DNA of 64,000 nucleotides from Macrostomum lignano (lineage: Eukaryota): positions 20,573-84,572 of the forward strand of contig NIVC01001846.1 of the NCBI GenBank assembly GCA_002269645.1, given 5' to 3'. The notes beneath the pieces are model-generated. The model made no database searches. It had not been told where the DNA came from and was given only the letters and a program-made list of their open reading frames with translations. Below are positions 23,701 through 35,339 of the stretch, in pieces. How positions within the stretch are numbered: position 1 is the first letter of the stretch; the number at the start of each line of letters is the position of its first letter. The position numbers and the translations under genes are program-made.

Positions 23701-25332
23701 GCTACGAAAAAATTAAGCTCAAATTTGAAATCAGCACCATAAAAACCCATTTAGTGACAAAATTATGATCCTATCAAAACTGCAACTATTGTATCTACCT
23801 AAAGTTCAAGAAGTCCGTAAATTCAAATACATTTGTAATGTTGTAATTTCCATTCAGACTTATATTTTTTATCTTTCTTTGCATCTTTGGTTATTGATAT
23901 TGCCATATTGCCAATACCGATATTCAGTATTGAAAGAAAGAACATTGATGTTCTTACGGTTGATTAGGTTGCTTGTTTTTGTCTCTTTCGATTTGCTTGT
24001 GTATACATACATCTCAGGGCTCAGGCCCACCTGTAAAAGAAAGTCAATACATTTTAATGTAAAAGGTTTGGAGAAGATACTTTGCCTATATTTAGTGCCT
24101 AATTTACTCGTCTTTATCGATTGAAAAATATCGATTGAAATAGAATTTGTGGAATGGAAATTTCAACCAGAAAAAAACGATAATGCGCCAACAGGAAAAT
24201 TTCTACCCCTATTTGACGGATTTGGTTGTCAATTGTTAGAACTGATTGAATGTTTGTTGGAAAAGTAATGCCAACTGTCGAATCTGCATCGCAGTTTGTC
24301 GAAACTGTTTGAAAATCGAAGCTGTCACAACCAAAAAGTGTCGGAATTATTGGATTCCAGAAAATTAAAACTGGTTGCTCTTTCGAATGTAGAGCTCGAT
24401 TGTCAACGCAATCGTTGATCAGTTGAATTGAAATTCTGATTAGCTAAAGATTGGCCTGGTTGATGAGATCTTTACTATCTACTTAGTCTACTAGTCTATT
24501 AGTCTTATTCCACTCTACCTCTGAATTATAATTTGCCTTTTGGAAATAGCTTGACATCTACATATAAATTATAATAGAGCACTCAGCCGACCTCAATACT
24601 TACATGTAGCTATAATCTCTGATAAAGATGATAACTTTTCGCAATACCATCGCAATACTCCAAAATACAGCAGCCAAAACTCAACTCCGAGAGTGCTTTA
24701 ATGGTAACAGCGCACCGTGAGTACACACTTAAAGTATTGGAAAATATTGAAAGTTGATTTCCGAATTGTAATGTAACGCCAGGTACTTCGATTGAGTGCT
24801 TGATATTTCTCTAGCTAGCCGTCTGTAATAGAAACTACTGAATTTCCCTAAGAGTAAAGTACGCAATCAGAGTTATTCAAATTAATTGGAGAAGTGAAAC
24901 GTCTGAATACTAATTTTTTCGCATTTTCCGATTGAAAAATACTCGGGATACATAAAAGTCTGAAAAGGTACGTAATGCACCTGTTGCTCTATCAATTAAA
25001 TACTGTATAGATACAACCAGGCATTCGTACAGCTGGTCGCCTTGCACGACTTGCACGATTCGTGATTCGTGAGCACGTAATTTGAGACTGTAATACCTTT
25101 GTTTTTGCTTGCTTTGATCTACTTTCGTTTCTTTATTAACTATGTTACTGTATTGAGCAAAATATTGAGCACACATAACTTATACGTAAAAATTAGATAT
25201 GTGGGGATCTACAAACTACAAAAGTACATGTACAGTAATCTTCTACAACTGTCAACAGGTACATGTAATGATTTAATGAAGATTTGTGAATAGCAAAATA
25301 AGAATTACTTTTAAGAGAATTAGTTAAGTTTA

Positions 25333-25667
25333 CTATTTTGCTGCCGCTTGTGAATGCTTCAACAAATCGAGCACCTGCGACAGCTGCTTTTGCTGCTTTT
25401 TCTGATTACGTCGCAGTCTGTGAAGCTGCTCTCTGATGTCCAGAGTTTCTCGCTTCACCATCCTGGCAAGCTCGTCGCGAGTTCCGTCAACAGTTTTCTC
25501 CGTGTGCGCTCGCAGCGCCTCGAATGCGTCTTTGTGCCGCTCAACGCCCTGCCGCAGTCGGGGCGGCACTGGCGGAGCTGCTCAGCTTGGTACACCAGAA
25601 ACTGCCGATAGTCGTTGGGATAGTCGTGAAAACTACTGCGTTCCTGCCACCAGGGTGGACTCTGCTT
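25333..25667 (-). CDS. Probable C-terminal coiled-coil exon of the TRP channel gene (or remnant of a paralog)
   Basis: After a TTTAG acceptor: KQSPPWWQERSSFHDYPNDYRQFLVYQAEQLRQCRP-(1-nt shift in a G4 run near 25562)-RLRQGVERHKDAFEAL...LHRLRRNQKKQQKQLSQVLDLLKHSQAAAK*. Heptad-like pattern. Its link to the upstream exon is unresolved. Confidence 0.5.
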
Positions 25668-26554
25668 CTAAATTCATTGCGAGAAGATGAAAGCTGTTAC
25701 CATTTAAGTGTAAGATTCGTCGAAAACTGTTAAGGTACTTATTTCTATCGATAATCGACAGTAAAATTAACAACACGATACTTCGTCGTCGACATCGACG
25801 TTGACGTCGACGTCGAGTTGACGTCGAGAAAAGTCTAAGGAAAAATATTATTCGGAGAATGGCAGCGCTCAAGAGTACAGGTTGTGTTTTCTAAACAAAT
25901 ATTTGACAAATTTTTACTTCTTTTGCCTGGCGCTGAATAGGTCTATGGAACGTAGTACCCGCTAATAATCCTAAAGAAGTGCATTAACAGTAGGAAATTT
26001 ACAACCATTTCCGCCCGTTAATTGAACGACCAAAAAAGGGGAACAGTTTTTTTGCTGCGCGCCGGAACGGAGTCACAGCTCTAGCACACGAAATTCAAGA
26101 ACACCGGGGCTTGACCAGAGACAACAAAGAAATTCACAATTGGGTGTCCACAGTCGCCTGATAGCTACAGACCGGTAAAGCAGGCGACGGCGTCTGGAAG
26201 ACGACTGAATGCTTGAGAGAGTGCTTAGAAATTTGAAGCACTTGAAATTCCAGTGCCTGGTTTGCGTCATTCCAGCGCAACGAAAAATTTGCAAGGGTCC
26301 CCTCCTTGGTAGTTCTACCGTTAAAGAGACAGGAACAACAGACACTTCGCCAAAAGGAACTTTACATGTTTGCCGGTCTCCCGGTAGTATTTCATGAAAA
26401 ACGGCTTGATAAATTTATGAGTGCACCTCAAACGAAACATGTTCATAGTCAGCTTTGCGCCTCATTTGGAATTCGTAAGCCCAGAAGGTGATACATTGGG
26501 AATTTAGTGCTAAAAAACTGGAAGCTTCCTTACCTTTGCATTTGCAGCGGAAAA

Positions 26555-28500
26555 TCAGCCCACAGCAAAATTTGCATGGTCTTTTAAATCATAATTCAAA
26601 GTGTTGATTGTACTTGCCTCTTCCGGTTGAACCGAACGACGGTTCTCCAGACGCCGACACGCGTACCGCCCCAGCTTGCAAATGTAATGAGGAAACGAAA
26701 ACGGCGGTGGAAACGGGCTGACCTCGGAAAACTCGACCAGCATCTCGTACAGATTTTTACGCCAAATCACCTCTGCTTTGGTGTCCATCCTGGTGACTGT
26801 CAGGTTAAACAGTGCAATTAGCAGGTTCCACATCACTATGTTCACGATTAGCAAGTAGAGGAACATTAACAGGCCGCTGTACGCCCGGTAGCCGGCATGG
26901 TCTGAGCACGCCTCCAGAGTCTGTCTGGACCCGTTGCACACTACGCTCTCGGCGCCTTCAAAGAAGCCGAACGCCAGCGAGACCGGCAGGGAGAACACTT
27001 GCTTGGCTATTGACTCCGAGTCGCGTAAAATGCTCGCAGTAGAGAGGGTCACGGGAAATAGCAAGTTCACGTAGAATATGCCAAACGAATAGACCAGCAC
27101 AAGCATTATGATCAGGAATGGGGCCAAGTCGCTTAATAGAAGGCTTTTCAGCATCGATATTTTTGGTCCAGTGACCTTGAAGTAGCTAAGCAGGGATACC
27201 GACCGAAATCCCCAGAGCAGAAAGGATGCGCTCAGTACTACTTGGGCATTGTGCAGGCTGGTTGTATCGCCTCCCGTGCTCACTATTTTGAGTATGAGCC
27301 CAGCCAACAGCAGTAAGATTGCGGCCAGATCAAAATAATTAAATAAATCTGTGAAGTACCTGGGTACTTTCAGATGCCTTCCCCAAGCGTAGGTATCTTT
27401 GAGTTCTCCCCTATTAACCATGTCATTTATCTCCTGCGTGGCGAATGATAAAGCGAACATCCACATGACTGCATCAACAATGTGCACAGCCGCGGCCTGC
27501 GACTTCAACGACTGGCCAAAATCCGTTACGTACCAGGAGAAGAAGCACAGAAAGAAGAGGAAGAAGACCATGTGAATCCAGACTCGAAATCGAACTGACA
27601 ATAAAAAGCTAGGGACTCCGTCAGGTCGACTGCCAGGACTGCAACTGCTATTGAAGCTCGGGCAGCACGGTTGACTGCTACTGCTTGTACGCCACGACAG
27701 AGGAGGCGGTTTCTTCCACTGTTCGTCGATCATGCTGCTGAGGCAGTTGGTTGCAAACAGCTCGTCGCAATCGACTGTGTCGACCAGCTGCATGACCGAG
27801 AAGCATTCCGCCGGGCCCGAAAACGGAGCCACAACTTTGCCCTTTTTATCGACGAATTTTTTTAACGGAGCCTGAAACTTCGGACCGCTCACTTCATCCT
27901 TCTTGAAGTCCGCAGTCAAGTAGCGGAACAAAAGTTCACGCTCGTTCTGATCGGCTCTGACGTACAACTGCTCGAGAACATTAGTGAGAACGTTCAGGGC
28001 TTGCTTCATCATTTCGCTCAATTGTTCATGTCTTCCTCTTCGCATCTCAACTTGAGGTGTCATGTTGATTAGCAGCCGCAGTGTCTGAGGTATGATGTCA
28101 AACTGTGGCAGAACCATCAAGTCGGATAGCAGGTTTGCCTTATCAAAGAATATGACGCAATCCAGTAGCGATAATTCTGTCCGAGTAGTAGCTATTAAAT
28201 CCAGTGTTTCCATATTTGGAAAGTACTTTTGCTGGCTAGGATTCTTTGACTGATATCGTTTGCGCAACGCCTTGATAAGACGATCATCCGTGTCTCCAGT
28301 GACGTAATCCAGCACTACAAGGCTTCGAAGCATCTCTGTAGAGTCAAGTTCCAGAGCTCGGATGAGCAGCTTAACGTCGGCAGACTCCGCAGCAGATGCC
28401 TGTCCTTCAGCTTCATCCCCAGCTGTGGGCAATCCTCTGTCTCTCTCAATATCGGATCTCAGTACAGGGTCAGTGAATAGGGACAGCAGATTCCTGGTTT
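26555..28500 (-). CDS. TRP cation channel, pre-S1/MHR4-like plus S1-S6, pore and TRP domain (TRPM-type)
   Basis: MQLVDTVDCDELFATNCLSSMIDEQW, six hydrophobic segments, GFRSVSLL...TGPKISML...D, VNLLFP, a Cys pair after the pore, NLLIALFN, IWRKNLYEMLVEF..SPFPPPF. The frame is open from about 28575. Confidence 0.88.
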
Positions 28501-30974
28501 TTGACTGGCTCCTGACTGGTTTTGTCTGGCAGCTGCAGTGCCTTCTTGACCGGATCGACCAGCAGCAGAATCTCCCTCAGATCGACGCCAGCATCGGCAG
28601 CGGCGCTTCTAAGTACGTCCAGCTTTCCTTTGTTGCACGCAAAGTCAACGCACGTCTGACCGGAAGCTGTCTCGCAACCAAGCCTTGCATCGCAGAGACC
28701 TTTGCCAATTAGAAACCTCAGGTTTTCCTCGTGACCGGCTTCACAGGCAAAGTGCAGACAAGTTGCTCCGCTAAGCGAGCCCGACGACACTCGAATATTT
28801 AACAGTTTGTCAGAGCTCAGCGTGAAAAGCTGCTTCAATGGAGCTTCTAAGAATCTGATGTCGTAACGGCCGGAAAACACGTGAACAACATGCAAGCCGT
28901 CGGAGTTTCTCTGCAGCCTACTGAATGCCTCTTTCAATTCCGGCAGGTGGGAAAGCCTCACCAACACGTCGTATAGCGTCCGCTGACTGAACTCAGCGCT
29001 CATCAAACAATTCTTCTTGACATTGTTCTCCACCTTGGGATCAACGCCTCCATCGATGAGCTTCTTGACCGCTGACACAAACTCGTCCGCGTCAAAGTCC
29101 CGGTTAGGGAATGACTCAGAGGTGAGGAACAGCGCATGTAGCAGTGTGTTTCCCACCGAATCGATGCACATATGCCGTTTCACGTCGATAAATTCCGCTT
29201 TGAAAAAGTTGAAGTTCTTCAACAGACAGGCCAAAAACAGCGGATTTCTATCGTTCTTGTCAACTGACGCCGCGACCGCATCGGAGGGGTCGTCGAACTG
29301 GTGCTGTGGCGCCGATTGAACAAACATCTGGGCCCCGAAGGCTCTGTTGCGGGCGCACAAATGCAGACAAGTCCTACCGTCGCTATCCTTGCTGGCCAGT
29401 TCTTGCTCCTGACTTCCCTTCAGTTGGTTCATCATCCAGAAGAACACAGATTCATCTTTCTCGTGACGCTCGTTGCCTGTGGCCATGAACAGTGGAGTCC
29501 AACCGTGTTTGTCTCTGAGCGTAATGGAGTCCTTGCCTGCGCAACTAACCAGCGACTGGAATAAAGCGAGGCTTTGATAGGAGGCAGCTAAGTGAATAGC
29601 AGTTAGCAGTTCTTCATCTACTTCAGTAAGAGCTGATGAACCAAGCTTATCAACCAGGACCTTCAAGAACTCTCGTTGAATTGCATTGGCCGCTAGACAG
29701 TGAACTGGTTTTCGGCCTTTCGCTCCGGCGGTGTTCCACACCGGATTTTCTAGTGTCAGATGCTGAGAAAGCAGTTCCATGCATTCGTCGCTCTGCACCT
29801 GTGCAGCCAAGTGAATCGCCGTGTCGCCCTGTGCGTCCCTCAGCTGAAAAATCGCCGGCCGCTTGGCAAGATAGTCCAGAATCCAGTGAAGAGTCAAGAC
29901 CGACTTCTCATTGAGTGCCGCCCGATGCACCGGGGTACGTTTCAAGCCTCCCTCCATCTGCCAGACGTTGTGCTCGGGTGGTAGCCGGGTTGAAAACAAT
30001 TGCATGCACTCGTCGTCCTGATATTCGGCAGCGACATGCACAGCCGTGTCTCCGTTGGCGTCCTTAATTAAGAGATGATCGATGCTTCCAATGTTTGTCA
30101 CGAACCACTCAAGAGCGGCGTAGCCGTTCTCATTCCTGGCCGCCATGTGCACCGCCGTCTGCAGTTGATAGCCGGGAGTTAAGAAGCAGCTGGCGCCAAG
30201 GCGATCTTGCAGCATCTGCATGCACTCGAATCCCTGGTGTCGAGCGGCCAGGTGAACAGCCGTATTGTTCTCAGCGTCAGGCTTCTTAAATACCTCCAGC
30301 TCGAGATTCTCTAGCATCCATTTGAGCGTGTCACCGCTCTGTTCACCGGTGCAATTAAGCGCAGCCCGGTGCACCGGGGTCCGGCGCAGCGCCCCGCGCG
30401 CCTGCCAGACTCTCTGCGGCAGTTTGGCCTTGAGCAGCCGCATGCACTCGTCAGTCTGGAACTCGGCGGCCAGGTGCACAGCTGTGTCGCCCAACGAGTC
30501 CTTCACTGTAAGCGCCTGCTGGCCAAGATTGTCGAGGATCCATATCAGCACCTCGTGACCGTTGCTGTTCTTGGCGGCAAAGTGAGCCGCGGTGCTGTTC
30601 AGCCCGCTTACAACCGAGAAACAGCCGTCGCCCAGAGCGTTGCGCAGCGTCTGCATCGTCTCCGCGGCCAGCTCGCGGTCTTGGATGAGCGCGGCGAGGT
30701 GTACAACGTTTAGATTCAGCTCGTTACGCACCTGGCCGATGGCTTCGCCGCCCAACCTGCGCAGAAGGAACTTCAACACGGACAGATCCGAGATGTCTTC
30801 CACCGCTTCGAAAAGAACGTCCACGCCGAAGTCGTTGAGGTTGCGACCATCGTTGCTAACCAAGGCCCGCAGGATTTCCTCTTGGCCAGCTTGGACGCTC
30901 GATTCAATGGCTCGTTTTAGCCGCTCGTAGTCTGAGACTGGGCAGTACTCGAGTACTAGTCTGAGCTCGGCCAT
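28470..30974 (-). CDS. Ankyrin-repeat module (about 19 repeats), N-terminus of the TRP channel gene
   Basis: 834-aa ORF with repeated G.TAVHLAA / TPVHRAAL motifs. The ATG lies 2 nt after a TTTTTTATTCTCCAG acceptor. It is one frame off the channel ORF. Confidence 0.9.
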   Translation of the reverse strand: MAELRLVLEYCPVSDYERLKRAIESSVQAGQEEILRALVSNDGRNLNDFGVDVLFEAVEDISDLSVLKFLLRRLGGEAIGQVRNELNLNVVHLAALIQDRELAAETMQTLRNALGDGCFSVVSGLNSTAAHFAAKNSNGHEVLIWILDNLGQQALTVKDSLGDTAVHLAAEFQTDECMRLLKAKLPQRVWQARGALRRTPVHRAALNCTGEQSGDTLKWMLENLELEVFKKPDAENNTAVHLAARHQGFECMQMLQDRLGASCFLTPGYQLQTAVHMAARNENGYAALEWFVTNIGSIDHLLIKDANGDTAVHVAAEYQDDECMQLFSTRLPPEHNVWQMEGGLKRTPVHRAALNEKSVLTLHWILDYLAKRPAIFQLRDAQGDTAIHLAAQVQSDECMELLSQHLTLENPVWNTAGAKGRKPVHCLAANAIQREFLKVLVDKLGSSALTEVDEELLTAIHLAASYQSLALFQSLVSCAGKDSITLRDKHGWTPLFMATGNERHEKDESVFFWMMNQLKGSQEQELASKDSDGRTCLHLCARNRAFGAQMFVQSAPQHQFDDPSDAVAASVDKNDRNPLFLACLLKNFNFFKAEFIDVKRHMCIDSVGNTLLHALFLTSESFPNRDFDADEFVSAVKKLIDGGVDPKVENNVKKNCLMSAEFSQRTLYDVLVRLSHLPELKEAFSRLQRNSDGLHVVHVFSGRYDIRFLEAPLKQLFTLSSDKLLNIRVSSGSLSGATCLHFACEAGHEENLRFLIGKGLCDARLGCETASGQTCVDFACNKGKLDVLRSAAADAGVDLREILLLVDPVKKALQLPDKTSQEPVKNQESAVPIH

Positions 30975-31021
30975 GGCTGGAGAATAAAAAAAGTGCTGGA
31001 GTCACTGGGTGCTTAGGGATA

Positions 31022-32175
31022 CACCCCTGAGTTTAATACCGACACTCCGAGTTTGATACCGACACGCCTGAGTTTGATACCGATAACCCCTGAGTTTGAT
31101 ACCGACACCCCTGAGTTTGATACCGACATCCCTGAGTTTGATACCGACACTCCGAGTTTGATACCGACACGCCTGAGTTTGATACCGACATCCCTGAGTT
31201 TGATACCGACACACCTGAGTTTGATACCGACACACCTGAGTTTGATACCGACACTCCTGAGTTTGATACCGACACCCAAGAGTTTGATACCGACACACCT
31301 GAGTTTGATACCGACATCCCTGAGTTTGATACCGACACACCTGAGTTTGATACCGATAACCCCTGAGTTTGATACCGACACCCCTGAGTTTGATACCGAC
31401 ATCCCTGAGTTTGATACCGACACTCCGAGTTTGATACCGACACCCCTGAGTTTGATACCGACACACCTGAGTTTGATACCGACACACCTGAGTTTGATAC
31501 CGACACACCTGAGTTTGATACCGACACTCCTGAGTTTGATACCGACACCCAAGAGTTTGATACCGACACACCTGAGTTTGATACCGACATCCCTGAGTTT
31601 GATACCGACATCCCTGAGTTTGATACCGACACACCTGAGTTTGATACCGACACACCTGAGTTTGATACCGACATCCCTGAGTTTGATACCGACACACCTG
31701 AGTTTGATACCGACACTCCGAGTTTGATACCGACACGCCTGAGTTTGATACCGACATCCCTGAGTTTGATACCGACACACCTGAGTTTGATACCGACACA
31801 CCTGAGTTTGATACCGACACTCCGAGTTTGATACCGACACGCCTGAGTTTGATACCGACATCCCTGAGTTTGATACCGACACACCTGAGTTTGATACCGA
31901 CACACCTGAGTTTGATACCGACACTCCGAGTTTGATACCGACACGCCTGAGTTTGATACCGACATCCCTGAGTTTGATACCGACACACCTGAGTTTGATA
32001 CCGACACCCCTGAGTTTGATACCGACACACCTGAGTTTGATACCGACACCCCTGAGTTTGATACCGACACACCTGAGTTTGATACCGACACCCCTGAGTT
32101 TGATGCCGACACCCCTGAGTTTGATACCGACACCTCTGAGTTTGATACCGACACCCCTGAGTTTGATACTGATAA
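31022..32175. repeat. 21-bp minisatellite (CTGAGTTTGATACCGACACAC), about 55 copies
   Basis: Directly visible tandem units. Confidence 0.97.
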
Positions 32176-32705
32176 ACAATATAGCAATAACTTACGAATT
32201 GAACCTTGCAGGTTAATTGTCCTTTAAAATAATGCTGAAGCAACAAGGCTTATTAGATTTATCTCTTGCAAATAGCTTTCTTCGTAACAATAAAAACAAG
32301 CAAGTTTACTTTTTAAAAACTGAGATGAGGTCTGTAGCTAAAAATGACATTGCCTCTCATCCATCGCCGAAAACGATACAGTACACTTTTTACACTATAC
32401 TTTTTATGGTGTACAATTTTTGGAATAGAGCTGAGACTCAAGCTATAGCACTGTACTCAGTGGGTGAAGCTATTATATCTTCATTCCATTGTACAATATT
32501 TGCTAATACACACACAGGTACAGAGCTATAGAAATTATTCAATTTCATTCAAACTCGGCAAGCTTAAACTATGCATTTTTTCGAGATAAAAAACTTGTGT
32601 CGAATTTTACTACTTAGAGTAACAATATCGAAAATTATTGTTGGTATAATTTCAATCAATAAGCTAGAGAACGTTTAAAAGCTAAAAGATCAGAGTTTTA
32701 TGCAC

Positions 32706-33005
32706 AGAGGTTAGAGAGGAGGGTTAGAGAGGAGGGTTAGAGAGGAGGGTTAGAGAAGAGGGTTAGAGAGGAGGGTTAGAGAGGAGAGTTTAGAGAGGAG
32801 GGTTAGAGAGGAGGGTTAGAGAGGAGGGTTAGAGAGGAGGGTTAGAGAGGAGAGTTTAGAGAGGAGGGTTAGAGAGGAGGGTTAGAGAGGAGGAGTTAGA
32901 GAGGAAAATTAGCGAGGAGGTTAGAGAGGAGGGGTTCGAGAGGAGGGGTTCGAGAGGAGGGGTTAGAGAGGAGGGGTTAGGAAGGAGGGGTTAGAGAGGA
33001 TAGTT
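32706..33005. repeat. 13-bp minisatellite (AGAGGAGGGTTAG)
   Basis: Directly visible tandem units. Confidence 0.95.
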
Positions 33006-33671
33006 TAGCTTGTACGGAAGCGAAGCTAATGAAAGATGTACTTTGTGAAGAGAAATGGAGAGAGTGGAAATCGAGTATCCGATATCAAGTGTGACATTTC
33101 GTAGAAGACTGGGTCAGACTGTTAGTCAGTCAGTTAGACAATTAGTCAAGCCAATCTGTCTTTGCAGACTCAAAGACTCTCCGGACAAGAAAACAGCAGA
33201 CACATGCGAGCACATCTGTGGTCAAGCCTGACAGTTTCTTCTCAAAGATCAAAATAGATTTCAACGATTGACCATGCTCGAACTCAATAGACTCTATACA
33301 GATTTAGGCTATGTATGATGGTGCAAACACTTCATTTCCCCCATGTTCTGCGTGCAGTCTCCCTCCATCTCCCTCCATCTGTTGAGTTCAAAGTTGAACA
33401 GTCTGCCCGCTTTATCTGACAGGTAAATCAGGGATGGGATCTCTGAAAATTGCACTTCGCGCAACCCCTGAAGATCTGAGATAGGGAAACTGCGACTGAG
33501 ATGGAGCTACATAGCGGTGAGTTTGAGCCCGATGGATTGCATCATTTTCCGCTCTTTTATCGATTGCGTTACGCCAAATGTTTGCGGACACAGCAGTTGC
33601 TTAATGGAGTCTAGAAAGTTTAAAACTACGAGCTAAATTCTCTTGCACCGCAGTCCGAATTCTTCAATTTT

Positions 33672-34480
33672 TCAATGGCGCAAAAACTCAATGGCGCCAA
33701 AACCAAAACTGTTTAAATGGCGCCAAAACCAAAAATGTTTTAATGGCGCCAAAAATGTTTCAATGGCGCCAAAACTGTTTCAATTGCGCCAAAACCAAAA
33801 ATGTTTTAATGGCGCCAAAAATGTTTCAATGGCGCCAAAACTGTTTCAATGGCGCCAAAACTGTTTAAATGGCGCCAAAACCAAAACTGTTTCAATGGCG
33901 CCAAAACTGTTTCAATGGCGCCAAAACTGTTTTAATGGCGCCAAAAATGTTTCAATGGCGCCAAAATTGTTTCAATTGCGCCAAAACCAAAAATGTTTTA
34001 ATGGCGCCAAAAATGTTTCAATGGCGCCAAAACTGTTTCAATGGCGCCAAAACTGTTTAAATGGCGCCAAAACCAAAACTGTTTCAATGGCGCCAAAACT
34101 GTTTCAATGGCGCCAAAACTGTTTTAATGGCGCCAAAAAAAACTGTTTCAATGGCGCCAAAACTGTTTAAATGGCGCCAAAACAAAAACTGTTTCAATGG
34201 CGCCAAAACTGTTTCAATGGCGCCAAAACTGTTTAAATAGCGCCAAAACTGTTTCAATGGCGCCAAAACAAAAACTGTTTCAATGGGGCCAAAACTGTTT
34301 CAATGGCGCCAAAGCCGAAACTGTTTCAATGGCGCCAAAACTGTTTCAATGGCGCCAAAACTGTTTAAATGGCGCCAAAACAAAAACTGTTTCAATCGCG
34401 CCAAAACCAAAAATGTTTCAATGGCGCCAAAACCGTTTAAATGGCGCCAAATCAAAAATGTTTTAATGGCGCCAATCCAA
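33672..34480. repeat. About 20-bp minisatellite (ATGGCGCCAAAACTGTTTCA)
   Basis: Directly visible tandem units. Confidence 0.95.
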
Positions 34481-35339
34481 AAAACGGTTAACCTGTTTTA
34501 GAGTGACAGATAACTCCTCTGGGAAGACAGCAGTTGCCAGGAGCACTGTAAATCACCCCGTCTCGTTGTAGGAAATCCACTCCCACTTTCTTTGCCTTCA
34601 TTTCTTAGAATAGCCAGTAGCCCAGGTACATCATGTACGTGATTTCTCGCAGACAGACAAAGTTGACAAACTTCCCTTTATTGAAGCACCAGCCAGGCAA
34701 CAAAACTTTAACAAAAGATTCCATGTTTTCTTTTCGTTTCTTTAATATCTTCTTTATTGAGGTTGACGTGATGAAAAAATTTTTAAAGCGAAATTGCGTC
34801 TGGCGATGGCGACCCTCAACTTCACCTTTAGGTATATGCGGGCCCGGGAGGCTGAGACCTATTGGCTATTGATTTGAATATGTTCAAACAGACACAGCGT
34901 GAATCAGAGGCAGTGGCAATTGTCTGTGGGAGATTTCAGATGGCGATTGGGGGAAAGTGATTTTTCCCCATCCCTGTCAGTCTCCGTTCGCCCTGAGTTG
35001 CAACCCTGCAGGTTCTCAAAATTATATTTTCATTTTATATAACAATGGCCCACAGCAACACAAAGTGTGGGATGCCGGACCGAATTCCATTTTTTACATC
35101 ATTTTTTTCTTCTTTGATACTATTTTGTTCCTAGACTTGCTATTACTGTTGTTGTTGCAGACATTGCTTGTGGACAACATAATTTTGATTTTTCAATAAC
35201 TCTGAGACACCTTACAGTTATAGGTGTTGAATTTTTCGCACGTTTTTTTTCTATAAATAAACGAGTTGGTTTGTTCAATATACGACCTTAGGAACCTTTG
35301 ATTTATTTGGTATCTGTTTTGATAGACAGAATCCTAGAT

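Noticed and set aside
31002-32246. Long ORFs (384-414 aa) in all three minus frames, and similar long ORFs at 33643, 35303, 43448, 50811, 52616, 54164, 55704, 58029 and 61700
   Set aside because: They are stop-free translations of minisatellite units, with no domain content, no splice context, and often open in several frames.
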